A DNA stretch of 64,000 nt from a bacterium (GCA_021815445.1 JAKAGM010000001.1:154910-218909); one strand, 5' to 3'; counted from the stretch's first letter, positions 19,114 to 27,336 are shown. Translations and numbers: made by a program. The notes: generated from the sequence alone by a model not told the origin.

Positions 19114-19197
19114 GGGTGGATACCGAAGCGGTCAAACGGGGCAGACTGTAAATCTGCTGGCCTCCGGCCTTCGTAGGTTCGAATCCTACTCCACCCA
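19114..19197 (+). tRNA. tRNA-Tyr(GTA), long variable arm
   Basis: Acceptor GGGTGGA/TCCACCC, anticodon stem GCAGA/TCTGC with loop CTGTAAA, variable arm TGGCCTCCGGCCTTC, T arm GTAGG-TTCGAAT-CCTAC, discriminator A. Confidence 0.85.
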
Positions 19198-19364
19198 GAT
19201 AGTCGATTTAATGAAGATTACCAATCTCCTCATAATTCGATATAGTAACGAAGTCTGGTGAGGATTCGAAGGGCAGAAGCGAACCCCGCGGCCGCGGGGG
19301 AGCGTCGGCGAATGCGAGCAAGCGAAGCATTCGACGCTGCCCAGGGCCCGAATCCTACTCCACC
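19198..19364 (+). repeat. GC-rich palindromic spacer ending in a 24-nt direct repeat of the tRNA-Tyr 3' end (cgaatcctactccacccagatagt at 19341-19364)
   Basis: Contains perfect palindrome CCCCGCGGCCGCGGGG, the long imperfect hairpin GCGTCGGCGAATGC...GCATTCGACGC, and an outer stem GGGCAG/CTGCCC. The copy keeps the T-loop and acceptor 3' strand but lacks the T-stem 5' strand. Confidence 0.5.
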
Positions 19365-19391
19365 CAGATAGTGAAAAGTCCCCTGAGTCTT

Positions 19392-19466
19392 GCCAGCGTA
19401 GCTCAGTGGTAGAGCAACTGTTTTGTAAACAGTAGGTCGTCGGTTCAAATCCGACCGCTGGCTCCA
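19392..19466 (+). tRNA. tRNA-Thr(TGT), CCA encoded
   Basis: Acceptor GCCAGCG/CGCTGGC, anticodon stem ACTGT/ACAGT with loop TTTGTAA, T arm GTCGG-TTCAAAT-CCGAC, discriminator T followed by CCA. Confidence 0.85.
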
Positions 19467-19501
19467 GCCGATCAATTATTTACTTTATTTTAAAAAAAAC
19501 T

Positions 19502-19657
19502 ATGTCACAGGATAACCTTACCAAGCTCGAGTGCACGGTGTGCCATCGTATCAATTATCACACCTTTAAGAACAAGAAAAAGCTCAAGAACCGTCTTGAG
19601 ATGAAAAAGTTCTGCACGTGGTGCGGCAAGCATCAGGTACACAAAGAGACGAAGTAA
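19502..19657 (+). CDS. rpmG: 50S ribosomal protein L33 (51 aa; below ORF-track size cutoff)
   Basis: [51 protein letters not shown]. The CxxC...CxxC zinc ribbon and the conserved C-terminal HKETK identify L33. Located in the classic tRNA-Thr/Tyr-rpmG-tRNA-Trp context. Confidence 0.85.
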   Translation: MSQDNLTKLECTVCHRINYHTFKNKKKLKNRLEMKKFCTWCGKHQVHKETK

Positions 19658-19673
19658 CCCTGAGTCTCATTGA

Positions 19674-19748
19674 GGGGGTATGGTGAAATGGCTATCACAA
19701 CGGTCTCCAAAACCGTTATTCTAGGTTCGAATCCTAGTACCCCCGCCA
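19674..19748 (+). tRNA. tRNA-Trp(CCA), CCA encoded
   Basis: Acceptor GGGGGTA/TACCCCC, anticodon stem ACGGT/ACCGT with loop CTCCAAA, T arm CTAGG-TTCGAAT-CCTAG, discriminator G followed by CCA. Confidence 0.85.
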
Positions 19749-19750
19749 AA

Positions 19751-19786
19751 AGGCACCCAGCATCGTTGGGCGTTTTTTGGTATACT
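19751..19786 (+). promoter_or_regulatory. promoter cassette AGGCACCC...GGCGTTTTTTGGTATACT (T-tract + extended -10), copy 1
   Basis: aggcacccagcatcgttgggcgttttttggtatact. An almost identical cassette recurs at 21319-21350. Confidence 0.5.
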
Positions 19787-19851
19787 GTATAGTGAAACCA
19801 AATGCATCATGCAGAACTTTAGTAAGAGAGTTTCTATTTCAGTTGAAGAGT

Positions 19852-20634
19852 ATGAAATTCATGACCTACAACATATTAAACGGAGGAAAGGCCGGGCTTG
19901 ATCGCGTCGTTGAAGTAGTAAGAAAAGAGTCCCCGGATTATCTTACGATTAATGAAGCAAATACATTTGCGGATAAAAATAATAAAGGCCTTAAGGAGTT
20001 CGCTCGCCGATGCGGCTTCAAGTACTTCGAATTAGCTCTCTCTGGAGAGAAGGAGTATCACGTTGCGGCATTATCAAAGAAAAAGTGGCAAAGAGTGAGG
20101 CGCGTTACGCCGCTCATGAGGGGGTGTGTTGCAGCCGAGTTTGAAACTACTATCGGCAAACTATCCATTGCCAGCTTTCATTTGACGCCGTATACGGAGG
20201 ACCTCCGCCTGCCGGAAATTGACGTCATCGTATCGTCTCAAAAGGGATTCGAAAATAAGATATTGATGGGAGACGCCAACTCCCTTTCTCCATATGATGA
20301 CTATGATTCCCGAAAAGTCAAAACCTTTAACGAGGTACAGCTGAAGAAGTTCACCAGAAATGGGCAGTTAAGGTTTGATGCAATTAAAAAAATCATGTCG
20401 CATGGGTATTTAGACAGTGCTTTGGAAATGAAACGCAATCGTGACTATACGGCTCCCACGTCGATTAACGAGGATTCAGTCCATTCCGACATGAGGCTCG
20501 ACTACATTTTTGTATCTGAACCGTTGCGACCGTTCCTGTATACGTATTATGTCGTGAAGAACTCACTGACACAAATAGCATCGGACCACTATCCCGTTGT
20601 TCTGGAGCTACAAGGTCTAGAAATACTCGACTAA
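19852..20634 (+). CDS. endonuclease/exonuclease/phosphatase (EEP) family protein
   Basis: Starts MKFMTYNILNGG (EEP N-terminal motif) and ends ...SDHYPVVLEL (catalytic His motif). The track's earlier TTG start lies inside the promoter -10 and is rejected. Confidence 0.65.
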   Translation: MKFMTYNILNGGKAGLDRVVEVVRKESPDYLTINEANTFADKNNKGLKEFARRCGFKYFELALSGEKEYHVAALSKKKWQRVRRVTPLMRGCVAAEFETTIGKLSIASFHLTPYTEDLRLPEIDVIVSSQKGFENKILMGDANSLSPYDDYDSRKVKTFNEVQLKKFTRNGQLRFDAIKKIMSHGYLDSALEMKRNRDYTAPTSINEDSVHSDMRLDYIFVSEPLRPFLYTYYVVKNSLTQIASDHYPVVLELQGLEILD

Positions 20635-20750
20635 ACTTAACTGCACATTTGCGAATATGTGCAAACAAGGTAATGTGTCATGATTTTTCCAAGTGGAGGT
20701 AAGAGGTACTACTGACGAGGCGTCATTAGTCTGCACTGATCAATCGGCAT

Positions 20751-20779
20751 ATAAAAAAGCGGTTCCTCGGAAGAACCGC
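20751..20779 (-). terminator. rho-independent terminator for the minus-strand gene 20811-21257
   Basis: GCGGTTC-ctcggaa-GAACCGC hairpin. The plus strand has ataaaaaa before it, which is a T-run on the minus strand. Confidence 0.5.
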
Positions 20780-20810
20780 GATGTTCGGATGTGCAGGTGG
20801 CAGATAGAGG

Positions 20811-21257
20811 TCAGTCGACTTTGAATATTGCCCGGATACTGCCGGTAACTGGCCCATATTCAACCAAATGTTTGAGACCGAACGGGGTCGCCCATGTCCG
20901 TATCAGCTCCAAATAGTGAGGGTCCTTTCGAGCCTGATTCAAGCAGCGCCGCCGCTCTTTAGTAGGCAGTCCCGGTTTGGCTCGGCCGATCTCGATTATG
21001 GTATCTTGTCCTGTGACCAGATCGAACAAATGTTCAGAGGTAATCTTGCCCCTGAAATGATGTGGCAGAGCGGTTCGCATCTCCCGAATAAGCTGCTTCG
21101 TTCTTTCAGTGAGTGCCCGGTTTATAATAGGCACTTCCCTCAAAGACAGGTTCTGCGCCCCTTGGACCATCGTTGCGATTTTCACGCATCCTCCCTGTTG
21201 GTTTGGGTTTTGGGGATCTATCACCGAATCATAGCCCTCCAATACTCGCATTGTCAA
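20811..21257 (-). CDS. hypothetical protein (148 aa)
   Basis: Clean ORF with its own terminator. No recognisable family. Confidence 0.4.
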   Translation of the reverse strand: MTMRVLEGYDSVIDPQNPNQQGGCVKIATMVQGAQNLSLREVPIINRALTERTKQLIREMRTALPHHFRGKITSEHLFDLVTGQDTIIEIGRAKPGLPTKERRRCLNQARKDPHYLELIRTWATPFGLKHLVEYGPVTGSIRAIFKVD

Positions 21258-21318
21258 ACTCAGTCGATGATCGCAGTAATTCCTTGCGAGCCTACATTGT
21301 GGTCAAAACCGGAACGTC

Positions 21319-21350
21319 CTTAGGCACCCTTAGGCGTTTTTTGGTATACT
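21319..21350 (+). promoter_or_regulatory. promoter cassette AGGCACCC...GGCGTTTTTTGGTATACT, copy 2; the transcript is probably leaderless
   Basis: aggcacccttaggcgttttttggtatact. The ATG of the downstream gene (21358) begins 7 nt after the -10 hexamer. Confidence 0.5.
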
Positions 21351-21357
21351 ACCACTC

Positions 21358-22095
21358 ATGAGTCTTGACTATCTAATACATTTTGTATTACCTTTTTCCG
21401 CTGATACGTTTGTTGTGACTGAGCGGAACTTTCACGAACAAGTGAAAAAACATTTTGTCGAATCTCCACAGTCTCGCGTTCTTTCCGTAGCGTTACCCTG
21501 GTGGGGTTTTCGCGATGTGGGATCGTTGGGTCAGAAGATTGTACGGAGCGGTCATTCGTTCCTTGGATACGAATTTCCCGTAGGCATTTTGAGCGCTGAT
21601 TATCAAGCCACACGACGGTATTTTGAAATGATCAGGGATATGGTGGTTGAGGATATTCGCAGGCTGCAAGCTTTACATCATTTTTCGGAAGTGAACATTG
21701 TGGGCGTAAGCCTGGGCTGTGTTCACGCCACCATGGTCTCAGAGGAATTTCCCTTTGATGCGATTACGCTCGTAGTGCCGGGACACTGTTTAGCTGAGTC
21801 ACTGTGGTATGGCATTAGGACGCAGAACCTCAGGAAAGAATTTCAGAAACAGGGAGTCATACTTGAACAGTTAAAAAAAGAATGGTACGCACTTGCGCCT
21901 GAACATAATGTTCATAACATGAATCAATCTTCAATTACCGTTTACCTTTCGCAATCTGACAAGGTCATACCGTACCGCTGCGGCAAAAAACTGGTCGAAG
22001 TCATGCGCCAGAAGGGTCTCAATCCGCTGGTGAGAGAAAATAAGTACTGGGGCCATTATGGAACAGTGAAGCGGTTTGAGTGGGGAACAATATAA
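21358..22095 (+). CDS. alpha/beta-hydrolase fold protein (putative esterase)
   Basis: Nucleophile elbow VGVSLGC (G-x-S-x-G), about 245 aa with alternating beta/alpha propensity. Confidence 0.45.
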   Translation: MSLDYLIHFVLPFSADTFVVTERNFHEQVKKHFVESPQSRVLSVALPWWGFRDVGSLGQKIVRSGHSFLGYEFPVGILSADYQATRRYFEMIRDMVVEDIRRLQALHHFSEVNIVGVSLGCVHATMVSEEFPFDAITLVVPGHCLAESLWYGIRTQNLRKEFQKQGVILEQLKKEWYALAPEHNVHNMNQSSITVYLSQSDKVIPYRCGKKLVEVMRQKGLNPLVRENKYWGHYGTVKRFEWGTI

Positions 22096-22119
22096 TCATG
22101 ATCTCTCCTCAGCGTAAAT

Positions 22120-22644
22120 ATGATAAGATATAGTTATGATATGAATAGTGGACCGAAGCGAAAGGTTGTTTGCCACGATATATATGGCAAACTATACAAA
22201 GTTCCTGCCGATAAGCTGTCCTTTAGGCCTTCTGTCTATGGCGTTATCATCCGAGGCAGTAAAATTCTTCTCTCCAAACAGTGGGATGGATACGATTTTC
22301 CCGGCGGCGGGATTAAATTGGATGAGACCGTAGAAGAAGCTCTGATGCGAGAGGTGAAAGAAGAAACCGGATTGCGGGTACGGATGGGGAAAATTGTTGC
22401 TTGTCAGAGTTCATTTTTCAAGCTTCCCTCATCGGGCAATTATGTCAACGCGGTGCTCGTGTATTACCTTTGTGCGATCGCAGGCGGAAAAATATCTACC
22501 GACTACTTTGATGCCCACGAAAAAGAATACGCCGGCAAGGCGGAGTGGCTGGACATTTCAAAAGTCGGAACTGTAAAATTCTATAATTCTGTTGATAATT
22601 GTAAGGTGGTAGAGGAAGCGCAACGGATAAAGAACTGTAAATAA
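22120..22644 (+). CDS. NUDIX hydrolase
   Basis: Nudix box GGGIKLDETVEEALMREVKEETGL. Confidence 0.8.
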   Translation: MIRYSYDMNSGPKRKVVCHDIYGKLYKVPADKLSFRPSVYGVIIRGSKILLSKQWDGYDFPGGGIKLDETVEEALMREVKEETGLRVRMGKIVACQSSFFKLPSSGNYVNAVLVYYLCAIAGGKISTDYFDAHEKEYAGKAEWLDISKVGTVKFYNSVDNCKVVEEAQRIKNCK

Positions 22645-22648
22645 TGCC

Positions 22649-23209
22649 ATGACCAAATATATCCTCCATGGCGGAGTTACGAAAGGGGCGGATCCGATGA
22701 ATGATAGTTTCTTCCAGGAAGTTACACGGGAGAGCGCCGGGAAAACCAGAATCCTGCTTAACTATTTTGCGCGAAAACCCGAGGAGTATGAACAGTCTGC
22801 CAAGGAGGACAAGAAACGTTTTTTAGAAAATAGCCCTCATACTGATGTAGAATTCGACATCGCGGATCCTCACCGACTTGCCGAACAATTGGAGAGATGC
22901 CCCATAATGTACATTAAGGGAGGAAATACCCCCTTGCTTCTCAAGCTGCTATCTCATGCGCAAGATTTTCGCAAATGTATCAATGGCAGAGTGATCGCCG
23001 GGGTATCAGCCGGTGTTAATGTGCTTTCTGCGTATTATTGGTCGAACCATAATACAAGGATTATGGAAGGGCTGGGCATTCTCAATATCAAAGTAATATG
23101 CCATTTCCATCCTGAGGATAATGAAATAGTGAAAAAGCTTTTATCCTACAAAGAAGATTTGCCGTTGCTCACATTGCCCGAGTATCATTGGGCGGTGATG
23201 TACCGGTAA
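22649..23209 (+). CDS. peptidase S51-like (dipeptidase E / cyanophycinase family) protein
   Basis: IYIKGGNT motif and GVSAG nucleophile motif (RVIAGVSAGVNVL). 186 aa. Confidence 0.55.
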   Translation: MTKYILHGGVTKGADPMNDSFFQEVTRESAGKTRILLNYFARKPEEYEQSAKEDKKRFLENSPHTDVEFDIADPHRLAEQLERCPIMYIKGGNTPLLLKLLSHAQDFRKCINGRVIAGVSAGVNVLSAYYWSNHNTRIMEGLGILNIKVICHFHPEDNEIVKKLLSYKEDLPLLTLPEYHWAVMYR

Positions 23210-23360
23210 TTCGCCCACATCCTTTTTTACTGGCTTTTTTGACTTCACTATTAATCCTTGATACAGTGTCACCGCGCCAGTGGATGTTTTTTGGCGTTGT
23301 ACGGTGCGTTCGTTGACAATTAACGCAGTAAATATGGGCCATTTTCAGGAGGGTTTCTCA

Positions 23361-24401
23361 ATGGCAAGGAAGATCGCAGTGATTCCCGGAGACGGAATCG
23401 GACCAGAAGTCATCAGACCGGCTGTGGATGTGCTCAAACATCTTCAGCCGGGATTCGAGTTGGACATGTTTGACCTGGGTGCTGAGAGATATCTCAAGGA
23501 TGGCACGACGATGCCGCCGGAGCTGATGGCGTCTTTGAAGGACGGCGTCTATGATGCCGTCTTACTCGGCGCCCTTGGGGATCCGCGCGTGCCCGGGAAT
23601 GAACCCGCGCATGACATACTCCTTGGATGCCGGTTCGGGCTGGATCTGTTTGTGAACCACCGCCCCGTCAGATTGCTCGTCCCGCGGTACTCGCCACTCA
23701 AGACCGCTTCCGGGATCGATATGACCATATTCCGGGAGAACACCGAGGGTGAGTACGTCGGCATGGGCGGGACGATGCGCAAAGGCCTCCCTGACGAGAT
23801 TGCAACCGAGCTGTCTGTCGCGACCCGTCACGGAGTTGTGCGTATCATCGAGTATGCGTTCATGTGGGCCCAGCAGAACGGGAAGAGACGAGTCTGTTGT
23901 GCGACCAAAGCGAATGCCCAGCCTGAAACCGGGGGTGTGTGGATGCGGGCATTCAGAGACATTTCCGCTCGGTATCCCCGAATTGACGCTCGGCACATGT
24001 ATATTGACGCCGTCGCGGCGCAGATGGTTTTGCATCCCGAGGATTTTGACGTGATTGTCACCAGCAATTTGTTCGGGGACATCATCACTGATCTCGGCGC
24101 CGCCATTGCCGGCAGCATGGGCCTCGCGGCAAGCGGTAACATCAATCCCGCGGGCATCGGGCTCTTTGAGCCGGTGCATGGCAGCGCTCCGGATATCGCA
24201 GGAAAGGGAATCGCAAATCCCATGGCGGCCATCCTGAGCGTCGGGATGATGTTCGCCCATATGAAGTTGCCGGAACTTGCAGAGAAGGTCGAGAACGCGG
24301 TCACCGCGTGCCTCGAGGAGTCGATTGTCACCCAAGATCTTAGTGGGACATACACGACCGTTGAAGTCGGCAATGCGGTTCTGCAGAAACTCGTCGAATG
24401 A
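23361..24401 (+). CDS. isocitrate/isopropylmalate dehydrogenase family enzyme (LeuB/tartrate-DH/homoisocitrate-DH-like)
   Basis: MARKIAVIPGDGIGPEV N-terminus, C-terminal NLFGDIITDLGAAIAGSMGLAASGNI block. A GGAGGG RBS lies 6 nt upstream. Confidence 0.8.
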   Translation: MARKIAVIPGDGIGPEVIRPAVDVLKHLQPGFELDMFDLGAERYLKDGTTMPPELMASLKDGVYDAVLLGALGDPRVPGNEPAHDILLGCRFGLDLFVNHRPVRLLVPRYSPLKTASGIDMTIFRENTEGEYVGMGGTMRKGLPDEIATELSVATRHGVVRIIEYAFMWAQQNGKRRVCCATKANAQPETGGVWMRAFRDISARYPRIDARHMYIDAVAAQMVLHPEDFDVIVTSNLFGDIITDLGAAIAGSMGLAASGNINPAGIGLFEPVHGSAPDIAGKGIANPMAAILSVGMMFAHMKLPELAEKVENAVTACLEESIVTQDLSGTYTTVEVGNAVLQKLVE

Positions 24402-24436
24402 AATGAATCGAACGAATCCATGGTAAAGGAGCAAAC

Positions 24437-26356
24437 ATGAAACTTACGGGACGAGTTCTGGTCCTCTATGAGGATCCGGAACTCATACGACGCCAGTTGG
24501 ACGGGGAAGACATTCCGTATACCGGGCAGCCGCTTGCCTTTGGCGTCAACACTGACCAGATGATCAGCGGCGGCGCTTGTACGCTCGGGTATACCGAGGA
24601 CATTCTCGGCCCGCATTTCCTCGAGAACTTTCTCGGTGTTGTGAATGCCGATGATGTTCACAAGGGCGGGTTCCAGGTGATCGTGGCGGGTGAGGCGTAC
24701 GGTACGGGGTCGAGCCGTGAAGTCGCCGTGGTCGCACACCGGGGGGCGGGGATCAAGCTCGTGATAGCACGAAGTTGTGAACGCATCTTCATGGAGAACA
24801 TGGCCTATTCCGGCATGCCGTTCACGGTTGATTTCAAAATTCTCGAACGACTGCTCTCTGGCGGGGACGTGAACTTCAGCGAGCTTAGCGGGGCCCTCCC
24901 ATCTTTTTTCGGGGAAGTTACGAGCTCCGGCGGGCTCTTGCCCTATGGCTCGGCATGGTGGAGGGGAGACATTTCGCCTTGGTACGATACAGGGCGCAAA
25001 CCTCATCCGATGACCATCGTGGAAAAGATCATCGCGTCACAAGCATGGTCTGGCTGTAAGTCGTTCGGCGTACACGCGGTGAATCCTGGCGAACAACTTC
25101 TCTGTAAGGTCGGGTTCCGCGGGATGCATGAATACACAGCAGGCATGTGCTTCTCGTTGTTCCGTGAAGCCTATGGTGACTCCAGACCGCATACCTCCCG
25201 ACTTCAGGACGTGGTGTGCTTTCAGGATCATTTTGTGCTGATCGACTCACCGACCACGCCGGTCGAGGCTAAAAACGCGCGGCTCGGTCCATCAAGGCAG
25301 CTGACTGATGAGATGGTGGCCGCCTGCCAAGAGTACGGCGTTCCACTGCACGGACCGGGCCGTGATCGAGCGGCAGGCGTTTGTCACCGGCTCGTTGTCG
25401 AGCAGTATGCCCGTCCAGGCGATATCGTTGTGCTGACTGACTCCCATACGCCGACGGCAGGTGTGATGAACTGTTTTGCGTTCGGCGTTGGATCGACGGC
25501 GATGGCGTTCGCTCTGCGGACTGGCATGATCCCGGTGACAGTTCCGAAGACAGTCCGCGTGATTGTGAACGGGCGTCCCCACTCCGGGCTTTCGCCGAAA
25601 GATCTTATCCTTCATCTGATCGGGGATCCGTATTTCCGAGAAAAGCGGTGGATGAGTAATCCTACTGACACCTGTGTGATTCAGTTCGGGGGGAAAGGAC
25701 TGAGCTCTTGGAGCGTCGATGAGCTCTCCGTGCTCACCAACATGACTGTGGAGGGAGGGCTCATGAGCGGTGTAGTTGAGCCGTGTCTTCCGATCTACGA
25801 TTTTCTGAATGCGTACCGGGGTGATGGTATGGCGGGTTCGATGGTCCATCCCGATGACGGCGCGCATTATGAGCGGGTTATCGAGGTCGACCTTGCCGAG
25901 GTGCCACTCACCATCGCTTTACCGGGTGACTCACGGAACCGCGCCTTATTGAGCGATCATACGGGGGTGGAAGTCCACAACGTCGTGATCGGCTCCTGCA
26001 CTGGCGCCTCACTTAAGGATCTCAGATCCGCGTCAACAGTTTTGCGCGGCAGAACGATCAAACCGGGCGTTCGTGTCACAGTGAGTCCTTCAAGTTCGGA
26101 TGTAGCCGCACGGGCCGAGGAAGCGGGGATTCTAACACTTTTCCGTTCCCTTGGTGCCGTCGTCACTGAACCAGGTTGCGGAGCATGTATCGGCAACGGA
26201 CCCGGTGTTCCATTACCTGGTGAGGTTACCGTATCCACGACCAACCGCAACTTTGACCGACGCATGGGTTCTGACGGGCCTGTTTATCTCGTTTCGCCAT
26301 CTGTCGCTGCGGCCAGTGCCGTGACGGGTCGTCTGACTGACCCGAGAAGCCTTTAA
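24437..26356 (+). CDS. aconitase-family dehydratase with permuted fusion: LeuD-like swivel domain (N-terminal) + LeuC-like catalytic domains (C-terminal)
   Basis: N-terminal ~170 aa carry VIVAGEAYGTGSSREVAVVAHRGAGIKLVIARSCERIF (LeuD signature GxGSSRE). The C-terminal part carries DSHTPTAG, GVGSTAMA, GSCTGAS, GCGACIG (Fe-S cysteines) and TTNRNFDRRMG. 639 aa. Confidence 0.75.
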   Translation: MKLTGRVLVLYEDPELIRRQLDGEDIPYTGQPLAFGVNTDQMISGGACTLGYTEDILGPHFLENFLGVVNADDVHKGGFQVIVAGEAYGTGSSREVAVVAHRGAGIKLVIARSCERIFMENMAYSGMPFTVDFKILERLLSGGDVNFSELSGALPSFFGEVTSSGGLLPYGSAWWRGDISPWYDTGRKPHPMTIVEKIIASQAWSGCKSFGVHAVNPGEQLLCKVGFRGMHEYTAGMCFSLFREAYGDSRPHTSRLQDVVCFQDHFVLIDSPTTPVEAKNARLGPSRQLTDEMVAACQEYGVPLHGPGRDRAAGVCHRLVVEQYARPGDIVVLTDSHTPTAGVMNCFAFGVGSTAMAFALRTGMIPVTVPKTVRVIVNGRPHSGLSPKDLILHLIGDPYFREKRWMSNPTDTCVIQFGGKGLSSWSVDELSVLTNMTVEGGLMSGVVEPCLPIYDFLNAYRGDGMAGSMVHPDDGAHYERVIEVDLAEVPLTIALPGDSRNRALLSDHTGVEVHNVVIGSCTGASLKDLRSASTVLRGRTIKPGVRVTVSPSSSDVAARAEEAGILTLFRSLGAVVTEPGCGACIGNGPGVPLPGEVTVSTTNRNFDRRMGSDGPVYLVSPSVAAASAVTGRLTDPRSL

Positions 26357-26387
26357 AACAAAATATCAACTTGCACATTGTTCCAAG

Positions 26388-26412
26388 ACGAGGGAATCCT
26401 CGTCTTTTTTTA
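26388..26412 (+). terminator. rho-independent terminator after the aconitase-family gene
   Basis: GACGAGG-gaat-CCTCGTC followed by ttttttt. Confidence 0.6.
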
Positions 26413-26413
26413 T

Positions 26414-26443
26414 TTGCCACGTACGCTCTTCCTAAGGTACAAT
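26414..26443 (+). promoter_or_regulatory. sigma70-like promoter TTGCCA-18-TACAAT; downstream ATG 7 nt after the -10 (leaderless)
   Basis: ttgccacgtacgctcttcctaaggtacaat then caaacgcATG. Confidence 0.45.
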
Positions 26444-26450
26444 CAAACGC

Positions 26451-27221
26451 ATGACGCGCCAACTTCGCACAATGATGTCTGCCGCCCGGGCCGGGGGGAA
26501 AATTCTCCGGAAATATTTTGGGCAGGAACTTACACTTGTGCAAAAAACCAAGCGCAGTGATTTTCTCACAAAAGCTGATCTCGGCTCTGAGCGGGCGATT
26601 TTGTCTGTTCTGAGGAAACATTTCCCCCGGTACAATAGTTACGCAGAGGAATCGGGGGAGCGGCATGTGGGTTCTAACTGGACATTTGTCGTTGACCCCC
26701 TCGATGGCACCTATAACTTTGTCATCGGAGTTCCCCAGTTTTCAATTCCCATTGCGCTCACACATGAAGGCAGATTAGTAGCTTCGGTTGTCTTTCACCC
26801 GATACTCGACTGTATGTATTACGCCGAGAAAGGTGGCGGCGCTTTCCTCAACGGCAAGCGTATCAGGGTGAATCGGGAAACGCGGTATGCCCATGCAACA
26901 ATCTCCTACGTCGGCGGTTATCATAACGCCTTGCGTGCACACTGGAAGGTTATCAGCTCCATTGTCCAGCTTAGGTGCAAGCGGATGACCAACTTTTGGA
27001 CGCCCGCACTTGACTTTTGCCTACTCGCTTCGGGAAAGATTGAGGGCGTTGTCAATTACAACTCGGAAATTTATGATTTTCTTGCAGGGAAGCTTATCGC
27101 ATTGGAAGCCGGGGCTCGTATTACGAATTTTAGGGGAAAGCCGGAAAAAGGCGATTTGAATAGGGAGTTTATTGCGACTAACGGCAGGATCCATGCTCAA
27201 TTGCTCCGTTCAGTAAAGTAA
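26451..27221 (+). CDS. inositol monophosphatase family protein (SuhB/IMPase-like)
   Basis: Motifs FVVDPLDGTYNF and WDxAAG-like region (FWTPALDFCLLASG). 256 aa. Confidence 0.85.
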   Translation: MTRQLRTMMSAARAGGKILRKYFGQELTLVQKTKRSDFLTKADLGSERAILSVLRKHFPRYNSYAEESGERHVGSNWTFVVDPLDGTYNFVIGVPQFSIPIALTHEGRLVASVVFHPILDCMYYAEKGGGAFLNGKRIRVNRETRYAHATISYVGGYHNALRAHWKVISSIVQLRCKRMTNFWTPALDFCLLASGKIEGVVNYNSEIYDFLAGKLIALEAGARITNFRGKPEKGDLNREFIATNGRIHAQLLRSVK

Positions 27222-27336
27222 TACCATTTGGCATTAGTTTTTTTCATTTGACATTGATACCTGAAAAAGGTACTTTTGTCGCATAGGCAATGTAAAGAAG
27301 TCATGTTCGTTCTCAAACTATGTGTCGGGAGGAGAT

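Noticed and set aside
19230-19475. 81-aa minus-strand ORF
   Set aside because: It overlaps tRNA-Thr(TGT) and the palindromic spacer. It is an artefact of GC-rich structured DNA.
19777-19851. Upstream TTG start for the EEP gene as given in the ORF track
   Set aside because: The TTG lies inside the TGGTATACT -10 element. The first ATG (19852) gives the canonical MKFMTYNILNGG EEP N-terminus.
23562-25006. Long minus-strand ORFs (290 and 392 aa) and 25292-25867
   Set aside because: They are antisense to the LeuB-like and aconitase-family genes, which have clear motifs and RBSs. High GC makes long antisense frames common here.
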